Program-made: the position numbers and the translations under genes | NCBI GenBank assembly: GCA_965222115.1 | Contig: CBDCTJ010000007.1 | Coordinates: 2,848,001-2,912,000 of the forward strand | DNA: 64,000 nt | Direction: 5' to 3' | Origin: Planctomycetota bacterium | GTDB lineage: Bacteria; Planctomycetota; PLA2; JAEUHO01 | Shown: positions 46,097 through 56,802 of the stretch, in pieces | How positions within the stretch are numbered: position 1 is the stretch's first letter | Layout: each line of letters opens with the position of its first letter | Notes under the pieces: generated by a model | What the model was told of the DNA's origin: nothing | Seen by the model: the letters and a program-made list of their open reading frames with translations, nothing else | Databases searched by the model: none

Positions 46097-49000
46097 TCAG
46101 CGCCCCATGGCGCCCCGCAAAGCGTCGAGCGGATTCTTGGGCAGCTTCTTACCAACGCCCGGAAGCTTTTTGCGAACGCCATCGAGCAATCCGGAGCGCA
46201 AGATCGAGCCGGTATCAAGGCGCGGAATGATGGCGGGTTGATCCAGTGACCCGCGGATTTGGAGAGGAATTTTGGCGCCGGGAATCACGCGCTTCACGAT
46301 CTCGCCTGCGTCGCCCAACTGGATATCGGCATTCATATGTACCGACTTGTTGAGCCCCACGCGACCCTTCATAAAGACCGACAGCACTTGGCCGGCGACT
46401 TCGATCTTCTCGACATTGATGATGCGCTGCGCAATGGTGAATCTTGAATCGATGCGCTGAAAGGCGAGGGCTTTAGCCGCTTCACCTAAGACCTTGCCAA
46501 CAACGGGAGCGGCCACGCTGAGCACGCTGACGAGCTTTCCGAGCCCTTGCCCTTGCTGTGCTCCGCTACCACCAAAGAGCGTACTTCCTTTAATCTCACC
46601 ATCCTTCATTTCGATGGTGCCCTTGCCCGTGAGCGAGTCCATCAAAACAGGACTCTTGAAGTCACTCGCGCGCGCCGTGATGTCGGCATCCAGTCGCCCG
46701 CTCAATACGCCCCCCGCGCCATCGGCAGGTAAGAGCACGGGGAGCGCATAGCTCATCCCTCGCGCCGCGCCGTCGGACACGATCCAATCGGACGTGTCAA
46801 CGCCGCGCATCTGCGCGCGTGCCACCCATGGCATATCGGGTTGCCCCAATCGCATGGCCGCGCTCATACCGAGGCCGCCGCCATTCACGCCCGCCTGGAG
46901 CGTGGTGTGAAGCGGATCCCCGGGTCCTGCGCGCTTTGCCGTAACGGTTGTATTGCTCAGCGCGATTCCCCCGGTGGACCATGCGCCCAATTGCAGATTG
47001 GCATCAATGCCGAGGTTTCCCAGGTGCGGCCCTGGTCCACTCGTTAGATCGATCGTTCCTTGAATCGCGCCATCGCCTTCAAGATCCTTATAGTCCTCAC
47101 CCAGCATGGTTCTCAAGTAGGGCGCGAGGCGCGCGGCCTGTCCGGACACCTCGAGCCGGCCCTGAAGATCAGTGACGGGATCGATAGCGAAGGAGCCGTT
47201 GCTCAACTTGGCGCTAAGCGTCTGACTTTCGAGATTGAACAAGTCGATTCGTCCGCGCTGTCCCGTGGGCGGTATCGAAATGACGTGATCGAGTCCCACG
47301 GTCGGTTCGGATATGGCGACATTGTTATTGGCGGAGCGCAGATCAAAACCTGCAATGCGGAGCGCGCCACGCGCAATCGTGAATCCGCCGTCGCCTGCCT
47401 GCACCTCGGCACGATAGCGAAACTGACCCCCAAGGGTGGAGCTACCGGTTGGGTCCAGCGCCGCCTGCAAGGCACGAACTTGTTGCAGTTCGCCGCGAAT
47501 GTCCGCAGTACCGGTGCCAACATGCCACGCGCCGTTGCCGTCCTCGTGTAGATCAACGGCGCCCGAAATTAGGCATCCGAGCGCCGAGATAGAATCAAGC
47601 GAGGCCCGTAATGCGGTTCCGTTTCGCGCGGCCATGAACTTGCCGCGAACTTCTGAGGGACCCTCCGCAAGTTCCCAACGTTTCGGCCACGCCAACCCTG
47701 TGGTCTCAATCTCGGCCTCGATCTCACCGTGTTCGGCGTTTCCGCGACCCATGCCACGCAACGTGAGCGTGCCGGCAATGAGCTCGCGTTCGCCAAGGCC
47801 CATATGCGTCCCCAGGATTTCCGAGACGCGCGACAGGTCGACGGAGATATCAAATGGGCCCGCAATCGAAGGTCCGGCATTGTTGTTGGTAAGGTCTGGG
47901 TTGGGGACGAGAATCTCGAGTGCACGCGAGGCCGTTCGGCTTGTGATAACCGAAGAGTTTGCCTCGTGAACCTGTACACGCAACGTCCCATCGTCGCCAA
48001 AGAAGCTCTGCAACCGAACTGAGGCATCGGGCTCTTGCAATCCACGCGGAAGTGAGCTCGACGGCATCATTTTGAGATTGGCAACGCGCGCACCGACACG
48101 GAAATTGGTTCCGTGTACGCCGTCATCGGCCACCAAATCGATGGCATCAATTCGCGCAACAACATGGCCCGACTCAAGATCGGCAAGTGCCGGGATCAGT
48201 CCTTGCAAGTTGGACAGGCGACCCAGATCGGCTTCGACAGCAACTTCACCCGCCACAACAGGCCGCTTTCCCTGCACAAGCCTAATGTCGATGGGTGTGG
48301 TGGAGCGCAGTTTGAGCGCTTCGCCCGCTCGTGCCATAGCCCTATTTAGCCCAATGTCGTGACCGTTCGTCGAGGGCTGGAGGCGGCCTTCTATCGTTAT
48401 TTCAACGCGATCTTCCATAAATTCGCGAGTGGACCCATCATTCGACGCGTGCGAGGGCACTTGGAGCACATGGACTTGATCAGCGATGAGATAAACACGA
48501 CCCTGCGTGGCATCCTGAGCCGGCTCGTCCGTTAGATTCGCGGCCGCGCGTACTTTTTTAGTGGCAATCGAGCTTCCTTGGGACGTGGTTGCTTTGATGC
48601 CATCGAGTAGCACCTTGAGCTTGCCGCTAAATCGAGACCCTGCGTGCAATTCTCCGTTTGCATAAACTTGCGCAGCCCCTTCTAGGGACTGCAGTTTGAG
48701 TGTGCGTGACAACGAGGGTGCGATCGGTGCGAGATCGATGAGGCCATCGGTCGTCAATGCGACCGGGCCGTTTCGCTCGGCATCGAGATTGACAAATCCG
48801 TGCAGTGCCACGTCTTGCCGCGCCGGTCCCGCGGCGCCCAACGTGCCTCGTAGTTCAGCCCGCTGCTGCCCATCTGGCAGCATTTGAACTTGACCCCGAA
48901 TGTCAGCCAATGTGGATGCTGGCAGGTCCCCGCCACCACGCGAATCGACTCGCCCACCGAGGACCTTCACAACTACATGTGGCGGTTCGCGCTCTTTCTC

Positions 49001-49462
49001 GGGCTCGTCTTCGGTGTTGGGAAACAGATTGTCAAAGTTGGTTGCGCCTCCATCACGGCCCTCTAACACAATGTGCGGCTCTTCCACGCGCACTTCGGCC
49101 TCAACCGCGCCGCCCATGAGTTTCAAGAGGTCGATATCTGCGTGCAGCTTCTTTACGCGTGCCAAGGGCTCAGGGAAGCCTTCCGGGCTGTGGACCGTTA
49201 CGTCCTCCAAGGAAACGCCCGAAAACCAAAATGCCGATGCGGAACCAATGTCTACTTTGCGCCCAATCGCCTCACCTACCTTGTCGGCGACATAATCTCT
49301 GACCGGGGCGAGACCCAACGCCAAGGGCGCACAAAACAGGAGCAACAAAAGAATCGCGATAAACGGCAGCAACCGTCGCAACCACGAGCGCCGCGCGGGA
49401 CGTTTGGCTTCGGTTGGCGGTGACTCAGATGCTGGCGCGTGGGATGGGTCCATCCACGTCAT
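46097..49462 (-). CDS. AsmA-like family protein
   Basis: Single N-terminal TM; IGRKVDIG..TNFDNL; beta-rich body; AsmA C-terminal G.I...G and IPLQIRGSLDQP. Confidence 0.82.
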   Translation of the reverse strand: MTWMDPSHAPASESPPTEAKRPARRSWLRRLLPFIAILLLLLFCAPLALGLAPVRDYVADKVGEAIGRKVDIGSASAFWFSGVSLEDVTVHSPEGFPEPLARVKKLHADIDLLKLMGGAVEAEVRVEEPHIVLEGRDGGATNFDNLFPNTEDEPEKEREPPHVVVKVLGGRVDSRGGGDLPASTLADIRGQVQMLPDGQQRAELRGTLGAAGPARQDVALHGFVNLDAERNGPVALTTDGLIDLAPIAPSLSRTLKLQSLEGAAQVYANGELHAGSRFSGKLKVLLDGIKATTSQGSSIATKKVRAAANLTDEPAQDATQGRVYLIADQVHVLQVPSHASNDGSTREFMEDRVEITIEGRLQPSTNGHDIGLNRAMARAGEALKLRSTTPIDIRLVQGKRPVVAGEVAVEADLGRLSNLQGLIPALADLESGHVVARIDAIDLVADDGVHGTNFRVGARVANLKMMPSSSLPRGLQEPDASVRLQSFFGDDGTLRVQVHEANSSVITSRTASRALEILVPNPDLTNNNAGPSIAGPFDISVDLSRVSEILGTHMGLGERELIAGTLTLRGMGRGNAEHGEIEAEIETTGLAWPKRWELAEGPSEVRGKFMAARNGTALRASLDSISALGCLISGAVDLHEDGNGAWHVGTGTADIRGELQQVRALQAALDPTGSSTLGGQFRYRAEVQAGDGGFTIARGALRIAGFDLRSANNNVAISEPTVGLDHVISIPPTGQRGRIDLFNLESQTLSAKLSNGSFAIDPVTDLQGRLEVSGQAARLAPYLRTMLGEDYKDLEGDGAIQGTIDLTSGPGPHLGNLGIDANLQLGAWSTGGIALSNTTVTAKRAGPGDPLHTTLQAGVNGGGLGMSAAMRLGQPDMPWVARAQMRGVDTSDWIVSDGAARGMSYALPVLLPADGAGGVLSGRLDADITARASDFKSPVLMDSLTGKGTIEMKDGEIKGSTLFGGSGAQQGQGLGKLVSVLSVAAPVVGKVLGEAAKALAFQRIDSRFTIAQRIINVEKIEVAGQVLSVFMKGRVGLNKSVHMNADIQLGDAGEIVKRVIPGAKIPLQIRGSLDQPAIIPRLDTGSILRSGLLDGVRKKLPGVGKKLPKNPLDALRGAMGR

Positions 49463-49546
49463 CTTATCTGGCCGGTTCCCCGCTCTCGTGGCTTACGGAC
49501 GGCGCATCACCCCGTCAGGGGGCAATCCCGTCATGCGAAAGTCACT

Positions 49547-49924
49547 TTAGTCGCTGGGAGATCGATCAAGATCCGGAGCGGGGCCACCATCGAAGTAGAC
49601 GGCCACGTGGCGGGTGATGCCGTTCTCATCAAAATCCACTTCGACGCGAACGATGACGCCTGTCGTACGGGCCATGGGCTCGTTTCGATGCGGCGTCGGT
49701 CCTCGAAAACCCGGGTGCTCCAATACGACACGCTCGTGCTCGTCGACCCCGTGCTCAAAATCCTCAAGGCTCATGAGCGCCCCGTTGCCCCCGACGTTTA
49801 CAAGTCGAATGGGGATCACGCGTCCACGCGACATGTACAACGTCCCCGGCAGGCTGACGGGAATTCGCTTGCGATGCCTTCGATCCGTACGACTTCCATC
49901 ACTCGTTTGCAGTTTTTCATTCAT
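49547..49924 (-). CDS. PilZ domain protein
   Basis: RxxxR (RHRKR), NVGGNGA and C-terminal VAVYF; GGAG RBS. Confidence 0.75.
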   Translation of the reverse strand: MNEKLQTSDGSRTDRRHRKRIPVSLPGTLYMSRGRVIPIRLVNVGGNGALMSLEDFEHGVDEHERVVLEHPGFRGPTPHRNEPMARTTGVIVRVEVDFDENGITRHVAVYFDGGPAPDLDRSPSD

Positions 49925-50078
49925 ATGGATCTCCCCGGTGATCGATGTTGCCACTCGATGAGACAATTCTCACCTTCGACCGATTGACGTGTGAGATGAA
50001 GAAGATTCATGTGAATTTTCGGGTTCCGGGATTCAATGGGCATATGCGGGCAGGTAACGGGCGCCCGTCGAGGGCTCC

Positions 50079-51032
50079 ATGGACGAATCGACATCGACAG
50101 CCGCATCGACAACAGGACCACTCCTAAACTTTACGGCGGGCGCACTCATGGGATCCGCAGACGCCGTACCGGGCGTCTCAGGTGGCACCATTGCACTCAT
50201 TCTAGGCGTTTACGAGCGACTGATTGAAAACATTGGAACGATTCTCGCATTGCCGCGACACATTCGATCCAGCGAGGGGCGCCGCAGCACCTTGCGTGCG
50301 CTCCGCTTCCTCGTGCCACTTGGATTGGGCGTTTTGGCAGCCTACTACGTAGCAACCAAGCTTCTCGTAGGACCCGCCGACGAACCGGGTTGGATTCGCA
50401 AGCTCCCTACGGCGCCACTGTGTTACGCATTCTTCTTCGGATTGGTCCTCGCCAGCTTGGTCGAACCGTGGCAGCGAATTCGCAACGTAGACGCAATGTG
50501 TTACCTGTTCGCACTCCTGGCTGGCGTGGTGGCGGCAGTCTTCGTAACCCTCCCACACGCCACAACGACACCTTCGAATTTCGCGTTGCTCTATGGCGGC
50601 GCACTCGCGATCGGCGTCATGTTGTTGCCGGGAATCAGTGGTTCACTCCTGTTGCTTATTCTTGGACAATACACCACAGTCGCCGGGTCGATTCACGACC
50701 GCGAATGGCACATACTTGGCATATTCTTGCTGGGCGTCGTCTTGGGGCTCCTTCTCTTTGTTCCCGTTTTACGTGCCCTATTACGGCGATATCACGATCG
50801 CACCATGGCGGCGCTGACAGGCTTGATGGCAGGCAGTCTTCTTGCTCTGTGGCCGTGGAAAGACAACTACGAAATCAAGCAAGCGCAGATGAACAATGTC
50901 GGGCCTGGCGAGGACGTCGTGTGGGTTGTCCTTGCAGCCGTCGCGGGGGCAGGCTGTGCGTGGGGACTGCGACTGATTGAACGCCGCATCAACGCAGCCA
51001 GCGATCCTGCAAGAGCTACCGGCTCCGCATAG
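50079..51032 (+). CDS. DUF368 family membrane protein (undecaprenyl-phosphate translocase-like)
   Basis: MGSADAVPGVSGGTIA, LPGISGS..LLILGQY and GLMAGSL..LWPW. Confidence 0.9.
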   Translation: MDESTSTAASTTGPLLNFTAGALMGSADAVPGVSGGTIALILGVYERLIENIGTILALPRHIRSSEGRRSTLRALRFLVPLGLGVLAAYYVATKLLVGPADEPGWIRKLPTAPLCYAFFFGLVLASLVEPWQRIRNVDAMCYLFALLAGVVAAVFVTLPHATTTPSNFALLYGGALAIGVMLLPGISGSLLLLILGQYTTVAGSIHDREWHILGIFLLGVVLGLLLFVPVLRALLRRYHDRTMAALTGLMAGSLLALWPWKDNYEIKQAQMNNVGPGEDVVWVVLAAVAGAGCAWGLRLIERRINAASDPARATGSA

Positions 51033-52440
51033 CCGCTCGTCGGTGCATTCGACCGAGGGGCGCGTGCAATCGATCCAGAGGATTCTGGTCATCGGTGAGA
51101 ACAAATGCATCCCTGGTGTCGGGCACGAAGGTTTCGTTTCCTAGCCATCCATGTCGGCTGAGCTCGGGTGCTGATGGCACGACTAGCGCTCGCGCCGATG
51201 CGAAGAGATAAATATCTTGTAACTCGTCGGCCACGCCGGATCGACAGGCCATGACGTGCCGAAACACACGCCCGAGTGTTTTCGCCACGCTTTCAATTGC
51301 TTGGTGCGCTGGATGGCCAATCAAGTGAATACAAACGACGCCACTCGGCCTGAGATGGGCAGCAATGTCCTCGAATGCTTCAACCGTCAAGAGATGGCTC
51401 GGCACGGACTCGCCTTGGAACGCATCGAGAATCACAAAGTCGAAGCGATCATCCGTGCGACGTAGTAGTGCTCGTCCGTCGCCGATGGTGACCTCGCCGT
51501 CAAATTGAAGTCGCTCTCGCAAGACCGACACAACGCCTGGATTGATTTCGAAGGACTGTGTTTGAATCCCGTAGCGTTCAAGTGCTTGCGCCATGAGCCC
51601 ACCTCCCAGACCCACCTGCAGTGCTACGGTCCCAAGCGGACGCAGATACGGAAGGAGCTCGACATAGTTTCGCTTCGAGAGCAGGTCGCCGGGACTCGAA
51701 ACCAATGGCGAGAGCGTGGCTTGAGGAATTCCATCGATGGCCATGGTCCAGCCACCGGGACCGTAGGCGTCGAACGTGAGTTGGCCGTAGGGCGTCGCGA
51801 TCCCTTCGCGTTCACGACCTAAACCATATACGCCCAGCGCTGCAACCAGCAAAATGGCGATGATTTCATTGGCGCCTCGATCACCTGAGACAACCCAGAT
51901 GGCACTACAGACAAGCGCGAGGCCCGTGCAAACGCCCCCCATGGCCACGCCAATTGTTGGAGTGAACACAAAGGCAGCCACAAGAGTACCTACGAGGCTA
52001 CCGAATGTCGACCAGGCAATCAATCGACCGATGGACGTAGAAAACTCTTCATCTCGTTTTGTACGTGCGACCGCAACCGGTAGTACAGCACCAAGTAATA
52101 CAATGGGTACACACAATAGAAGCGCCGTGGCCAGTACAGCGCCCAACAAGATAGGTAACGGTTCCAAGGTCTCGATTAACGCCGGACCAAGCACCACCGC
52201 GCCTGCGATCCACACGCCAGCCAACAAGAGAAGGCTACCGAGTCGCTTCCATGAAGCACGTCGGCCCAGTCGCCCACCCACCAATGCACCCAACGCACTC
52301 GAAAGCAAGGTGACGGAGATAATGATGGCCCAGGTCTCGACCGTAAATCCAAAACTTGGCGCCAAGAGACGGCTCGTAAGGATCTCTAGGCTCATGACGC
52401 CCGCGCCGGCAACGAACGCGGCAAGTGAAGATCGTGTCAT
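51016..52440 (-). CDS. Fused membrane domain/spermidine synthase-like SAM-binding protein
   Basis: EILTSRLLAP.FG, ST.GSLVGT, GLGGG, DGR, ILDAF, HLLTVE and LTDD. Confidence 0.85.
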   Translation of the reverse strand: MTRSSLAAFVAGAGVMSLEILTSRLLAPSFGFTVETWAIIISVTLLSSALGALVGGRLGRRASWKRLGSLLLLAGVWIAGAVVLGPALIETLEPLPILLGAVLATALLLCVPIVLLGAVLPVAVARTKRDEEFSTSIGRLIAWSTFGSLVGTLVAAFVFTPTIGVAMGGVCTGLALVCSAIWVVSGDRGANEIIAILLVAALGVYGLGREREGIATPYGQLTFDAYGPGGWTMAIDGIPQATLSPLVSSPGDLLSKRNYVELLPYLRPLGTVALQVGLGGGLMAQALERYGIQTQSFEINPGVVSVLRERLQFDGEVTIGDGRALLRRTDDRFDFVILDAFQGESVPSHLLTVEAFEDIAAHLRPSGVVCIHLIGHPAHQAIESVAKTLGRVFRHVMACRSGVADELQDIYLFASARALVVPSAPELSRHGWLGNETFVPDTRDAFVLTDDQNPLDRLHAPLGRMHRRAAMRSR

Positions 52441-53447
52441 CGCTTCAGCGTGATTTGAGTGAGCCTCTGATGGCCTCGAAACGCTTCTTCGCTCCATGCC
52501 AAGACATCTGCCAATGGGACCTCGGCCCACGTAACGCCACCACGACTGTTCTTTGCGTAGTAGGGCATTTTCACCGTGGCCACCGAGCCGGGCCAACGCT
52601 TCTTGAGTGCCTTCACGAAAGCGTCGCGCGATGCAGCACTCGCGAATATGCGCTGGATTTCAACGCCCGTGGGCGGTACGGGACCAAACTGATCAAGTCC
52701 CTCCAACTTCACACCATGTTTCGTAGCGACGTCGCGCAGCCAACGGACGATATTCAACTCCGTGGATCGTCGAAACGTGTCTACTACGGATGCATTCGGA
52801 AATGCCTTGGTGATTGCCTTCCGCTCGGCGTCCGAGGTCTTGGGTACGGCGTGCATCGCTTTGAACGCCGAAAAAATTACCGGGGCGGCCTTCCTCGTTC
52901 CTTGGATCTTGTCACCTGCGGGTGATTTTCGAATGCGCCAGGGTGACCATTCGGTACGAAACACAGGCGCCCATGCCTTCAGCCATGCTTCCGATACGTG
53001 CTCGACCGATAGCACGATCGGATTGTTCATGGTGAGATCCCTTTGACCAGGGCTCGACGTAACGGCACCTCGAATGCGAATCAGTGTGCGCGGTAGCTTG
53101 GGCAGTGACTTTTCAAAAGGCGCTTCCAGTGTGTAGTTCCAGAACACATACGAACTCGTAGCCGGCGCCAGAAACGGCGTGACGTCAATCCCCTTTGGAA
53201 ATCGAACGACGTGCGCGGGCATCGCGATGACGCCCATCGAAACCACGGGCCAGCCGATCTGTATTCGCCCTTGATCGTCCTTCCAGAGGTAGCCTTCCCA
53301 CACGCGCTCATTGGCGGCCACGGCGCGCTTCTTAGCCGGGTTCTTCTTGGCGTCTGAAACACCAGTAGACTCTTCCGCGAACGACGAAGAGACGGCGCCA
53401 CAGCCAAACACTGTAATGAGCACCACAATCCAGCTCACGTTGCGCAT
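52437..53447 (-). CDS. Secreted hypothetical protein
   Basis: GGAGG RBS; signal peptide ending SFA; ATGA overlap with the next gene. Confidence 0.7.
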   Translation of the reverse strand: MRNVSWIVVLITVFGCGAVSSSFAEESTGVSDAKKNPAKKRAVAANERVWEGYLWKDDQGRIQIGWPVVSMGVIAMPAHVVRFPKGIDVTPFLAPATSSYVFWNYTLEAPFEKSLPKLPRTLIRIRGAVTSSPGQRDLTMNNPIVLSVEHVSEAWLKAWAPVFRTEWSPWRIRKSPAGDKIQGTRKAAPVIFSAFKAMHAVPKTSDAERKAITKAFPNASVVDTFRRSTELNIVRWLRDVATKHGVKLEGLDQFGPVPPTGVEIQRIFASAASRDAFVKALKKRWPGSVATVKMPYYAKNSRGGVTWAEVPLADVLAWSEEAFRGHQRLTQITLKR

Positions 53448-53762
53448 TCTCGCCTCCCTAGCGGCTCGCTTTCGCTTCGTTCCTGCCTCGCGACGTACGC
53501 GTCGTGCGTACGATCGCTTCGTCGTGTATGCTACGCGCTCCGCGAGGGCCCGTTCTGACCGCCATGACCATCTCTTGGAGTCGGGCATAAATCGTGTGTC
53601 TTCCCTACGTCTTGAAACGCTTCGTGTTTGAATCGTCGCGTCAATCACCGTGACTTGGGAGCTGCATTGCAGTGCGAGTGTTCTTGACAACGCCCAGCAC
53701 GTCACATGGCGGCGCGAACGTAGCGGTGTCAGGCCCCTGCGGTCAACGTAGCGAGTCGATGG

Positions 53763-54164
53763 TCACGAAGAGGGTGAAGAGCCGCCCGGTTCCGCTTCTC
53801 GCACCGCTCTCAATAGCCGCTCCAAGATCATCTTCCTCTCGAGCAGCGCCGCCTCGTCTCGATCTTGAATTGCGAACGCACGGCTACTTGAATCTTCACC
53901 CCTCATGATCTCGTGCAGCCTTTCCATGAGGGCTATCTCCTTGCGCCTAAATTCAATAGCCCAATGAACGTTGCCTCGCAGTTCATGAAGTAGTGCATGC
54001 CCCTCCATCTTGAGGATGCCCTCATTTGAATGGACGACTTCTTCGTGAGCCAACAATAGGCTCAACGTCTCCAACAATTCCGTGGCCACCTCGCACCCTC
54101 TCCCCGAAACCAAGTCTTGATGCAATCGTCTACAGAGACGACTCAGTTCGATCCAAGGTCGCAA
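53763..54164 (-). CDS. Hypothetical helical protein
   Basis: AGGAG RBS 7 nt before TTG; atypical codons (AGG, AGA, CTA, ATA). Confidence 0.55.
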   Translation of the reverse strand: MRPWIELSRLCRRLHQDLVSGRGCEVATELLETLSLLLAHEEVVHSNEGILKMEGHALLHELRGNVHWAIEFRRKEIALMERLHEIMRGEDSSSRAFAIQDRDEAALLERKMILERLLRAVREAEPGGSSPSS

Positions 54165-54296
54165 CGTTCGACTCCTAAACGAATCCCGGTTGAAGTCCCG
54201 CGCTCTAACGTATCAGATTTAGTCGCAGCCCAGAGTCTCTGAACTTCTTCGAGAAACCAGACTCTTCTCACCCATTTTGTGACAGCGCCACACTCC

Positions 54297-54537
54297 TCGG
54301 TTGCGCTTGGTGATCTGGGCGCTCTTCGTGTGAGTCTCTTTTGAATCCTAGAGACTCTGCTTGAAGACAGCTGCGCCCAAGGAATCCAGCGCAGTTTAGG
54401 CTTCGGGTCAGGATAATGATTCAGCTTCAGAAGAGGACAAGGGAAAGGAAAAGGGAAGAAATACCGCTTGACCTGACAAGTACTCCCCATCATCGGTTGC
54501 GCTTGGTGAACTTGGCGCCCTTGGTGAGATCCTCTTT
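54297..54537. repeat. Pair of imperfect ~45-bp direct repeats, 196 bp apart
   Basis: tcggttgcgcttggtga identical at 54297 and 54493, continuing with mismatches to ctcttt. Confidence 0.8.
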
Positions 54538-54633
54538 ATCCAAGAATCGTCCCACCACTAGCCCCGAACGCGCCAACGAAACGGCTACTCCCGGCGCCTG
54601 CGCTTGTTGAACCCAACGCCCCTGCCTTACCCC

Positions 54634-55569
54634 CTACAACGTAATGTAATTTTTAAATTCCGACACCCGCGCGTCAATCTGCCCACGTCCAAGCGCGGCG
54701 AGTTGATCCAAGCTAAAGTCCGAAACCGTGAAACTCGCCACGCACGTGCCATAGAGCATGGCTTCGCAGACGTCAGCAATCGCAAGCGATCCGTCGGATG
54801 CCGCGTCGTTGCCAGCGAGGAAGCCCATAAGACCGCCGGCGAACGAGTCTCCGGCGCCTGTTGGATCCACAATGGTATCGAGCGGAAATGCAGGGAGGGC
54901 AAACAAGCGCTCATGCGACACAAGGATCGAACCGTGTTCACCGCGCTTGATGACAACGAAGCGTTTGGGCCCGTGTTCGATCAACCATTTGCCCGCCGCA
55001 ATCAGATTGTCGCTTTTGGCCAACATCTTCGCTTCGGCGTCGTTCAAGATGACGCCGTCCACGCGCTTCATTGCTTCGAGCAAGGGCTCTTGTGCAATGT
55101 CGATCCAGAGGTTCATTGTGTCGAGGACAACAAGCGAGGGCGAGTCCAACTGGTCGATGACCGCGTGTTGAATCTTGGGGTCGGTGTTGGCCAAGAACAC
55201 ATACGGCGATGCGGATAATGTGGGCGGCAGCTTCGGTTGAAACGTCTCAAGCACATTGAGGTCGGTCTGAAGTGTTTCGGCTTGGTCCATGGCGCCCTCA
55301 TAGCGCCCGGCCCAATGGAACGTCTTGCCCTCTTCGCTGACTTCCAGCCCGTCCAGACCCACGCCGTGATCGGTTAACACGGATCGAAACGAATCGGGAA
55401 AATCTTTACCCACCACCCCCACCACACCAACGTCGGTGAAGTAGCTTGATGCAATGCTGAAGTAGGTAGCGCTACCGCCTAGGAGATCCGTGCGCTTCCC
55501 CGCGGGTGTTTCCACATCGTCAAAGGCAAGGGTTCCAACAACGCAGAGGGTCGTGGGCTCGCTACTCAT
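54634..55569 (-). CDS. PfkB family carbohydrate kinase
   Basis: GGSATY, KRGEHG and DPTGAGDSFAGG. Confidence 0.93.
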   Translation of the reverse strand: MSSEPTTLCVVGTLAFDDVETPAGKRTDLLGGSATYFSIASSYFTDVGVVGVVGKDFPDSFRSVLTDHGVGLDGLEVSEEGKTFHWAGRYEGAMDQAETLQTDLNVLETFQPKLPPTLSASPYVFLANTDPKIQHAVIDQLDSPSLVVLDTMNLWIDIAQEPLLEAMKRVDGVILNDAEAKMLAKSDNLIAAGKWLIEHGPKRFVVIKRGEHGSILVSHERLFALPAFPLDTIVDPTGAGDSFAGGLMGFLAGNDAASDGSLAIADVCEAMLYGTCVASFTVSDFSLDQLAALGRGQIDARVSEFKNYITL

Positions 55570-55606
55570 TTCGCTTCGTTGCTCCAAGGGGGTTGCGCGA
55601 GCGGTT

Positions 55607-56791
55607 CTAGGCCGCGGGCGCGATCGGTCGCTGCTTCAGCCCCAGCCAAAGCACACCGCCCGGGAGGCTAGAGGCCAGTACAGCTAAGCGATATACCACA
55701 CTCAGGCTTACCGCTTCGGTCGCGGGCACACCGACCAAGCCAAAGAAGTAGGCAAACGCCGCTTCCCCGACCCCCCAACCCCCGGGCAGGAGTGGAATGG
55801 CACTCACCAGATTGGCCAATGGCACCAGGAGGATTGCTCGCGACAGGGTGACGCCTTCGGTTCCGAGTGCACCGGCAAGAATCCACACTGCAATCGCTAG
55901 TCCGGCGTGATTGACCACCGAGATAAGCAGTCCCCCGCCAAGCGTACCGGGTCGTGCTCCATAGAGGCGGCCACATTCACTCGCTTCGCTTAGCACGCTT
56001 TGAAAGGGCAACTTGGCGAACAAGCGACGCAGACCAAGCACACGTCGAAGGCGGGGAGAAAACACGACAGCCGCCGCGAGTAGGGCGCCCAGTAAGAGCA
56101 AGAGCACGGTGACTCGAAGCAGACCTACGCGCGAGTCGTGGGGATATACAACGAGCACTACCGCGGCGAGCACGATCAGGCCCAATATGCCAAGGGCCCG
56201 GTCGCCAAACACACTCAATACGGAACGCGTGGGTGCGCCTGTGGCGCGCGAGGCAAGTATCGCCTTTACCACGTCGCCCCCTGTGCTGCCGGGGAAGGCT
56301 AGATTGAAGAAGGAACCGATCCACGTGAGTTTGATCGTGTGGAGCCGACTCAAACCAATGCGCGCAGCGTGCAAGAGCGCGTGCCAACGCCACGCAGTGA
56401 GCACAATGAGTCCCATGAGGCCCAACAGCACAAACATGACCGTAGGCCAAGACTTGATGAGTCGACGTCCCAGGGAACGCAGCCCGTATTGAACGCGAGT
56501 CGCATTGCTTTGCGAGGGCTTGTCTTGAGTGAAGATCGTGTAGTCACGCGAAACACCTTCACGCGATCGTATGCGCACTGTGTTGCCTTCGACGGCCTCC
56601 ACGATGCCAACGACATTCGTTTGTTCATCAACGGCAACGCGATCCCACCAATGCACATGACCTGCGAGGACCCAGACGACGACGCCAAGGCCAAGCAGTC
56701 GTAACGCCAGACCAAGCCATGAAATCTTGGGTGCAGCGACACTCAGTTCACTGCCCTGCTCCGCTTGCGACGAATCGCTACCCGGCGCCAA
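55607..56791 (-). CDS. Lysylphosphatidylglycerol synthase TM domain/flippase-like protein (UPF0104)
   Basis: RWHALL, FFNLAFPGSTGGDVVK, DRALG and PGGWGVGE. Confidence 0.85.
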   Translation of the reverse strand: MAPGSDSSQAEQGSELSVAAPKISWLGLALRLLGLGVVVWVLAGHVHWWDRVAVDEQTNVVGIVEAVEGNTVRIRSREGVSRDYTIFTQDKPSQSNATRVQYGLRSLGRRLIKSWPTVMFVLLGLMGLIVLTAWRWHALLHAARIGLSRLHTIKLTWIGSFFNLAFPGSTGGDVVKAILASRATGAPTRSVLSVFGDRALGILGLIVLAAVVLVVYPHDSRVGLLRVTVLLLLLGALLAAAVVFSPRLRRVLGLRRLFAKLPFQSVLSEASECGRLYGARPGTLGGGLLISVVNHAGLAIAVWILAGALGTEGVTLSRAILLVPLANLVSAIPLLPGGWGVGEAAFAYFFGLVGVPATEAVSLSVVYRLAVLASSLPGGVLWLGLKQRPIAPAA

Positions 56792-56802
56792 TGAGCCGCG
56801 TC

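Noticed and set aside
53494-53512. Inverted repeat CGTACGC-N5-GCGTACG upstream of the secreted protein gene
   Set aside because: Short, plausible by chance in GC-rich DNA, and no T-tract or second copy
53680-53762. Integron attC site downstream of the orphan ORF
   Set aside because: No matching RYYYAAC/GTTRRRY box pair with a convincing stem
54143-54493. 116-aa minus-strand ORF
   Set aside because: Runs through the repeat and purine tract, has low-complexity translation and no recognisable family
54297-54537. Direct repeats as a CRISPR array
   Set aside because: Only two imperfect copies, a spacer of about 150 bp, and no cas genes
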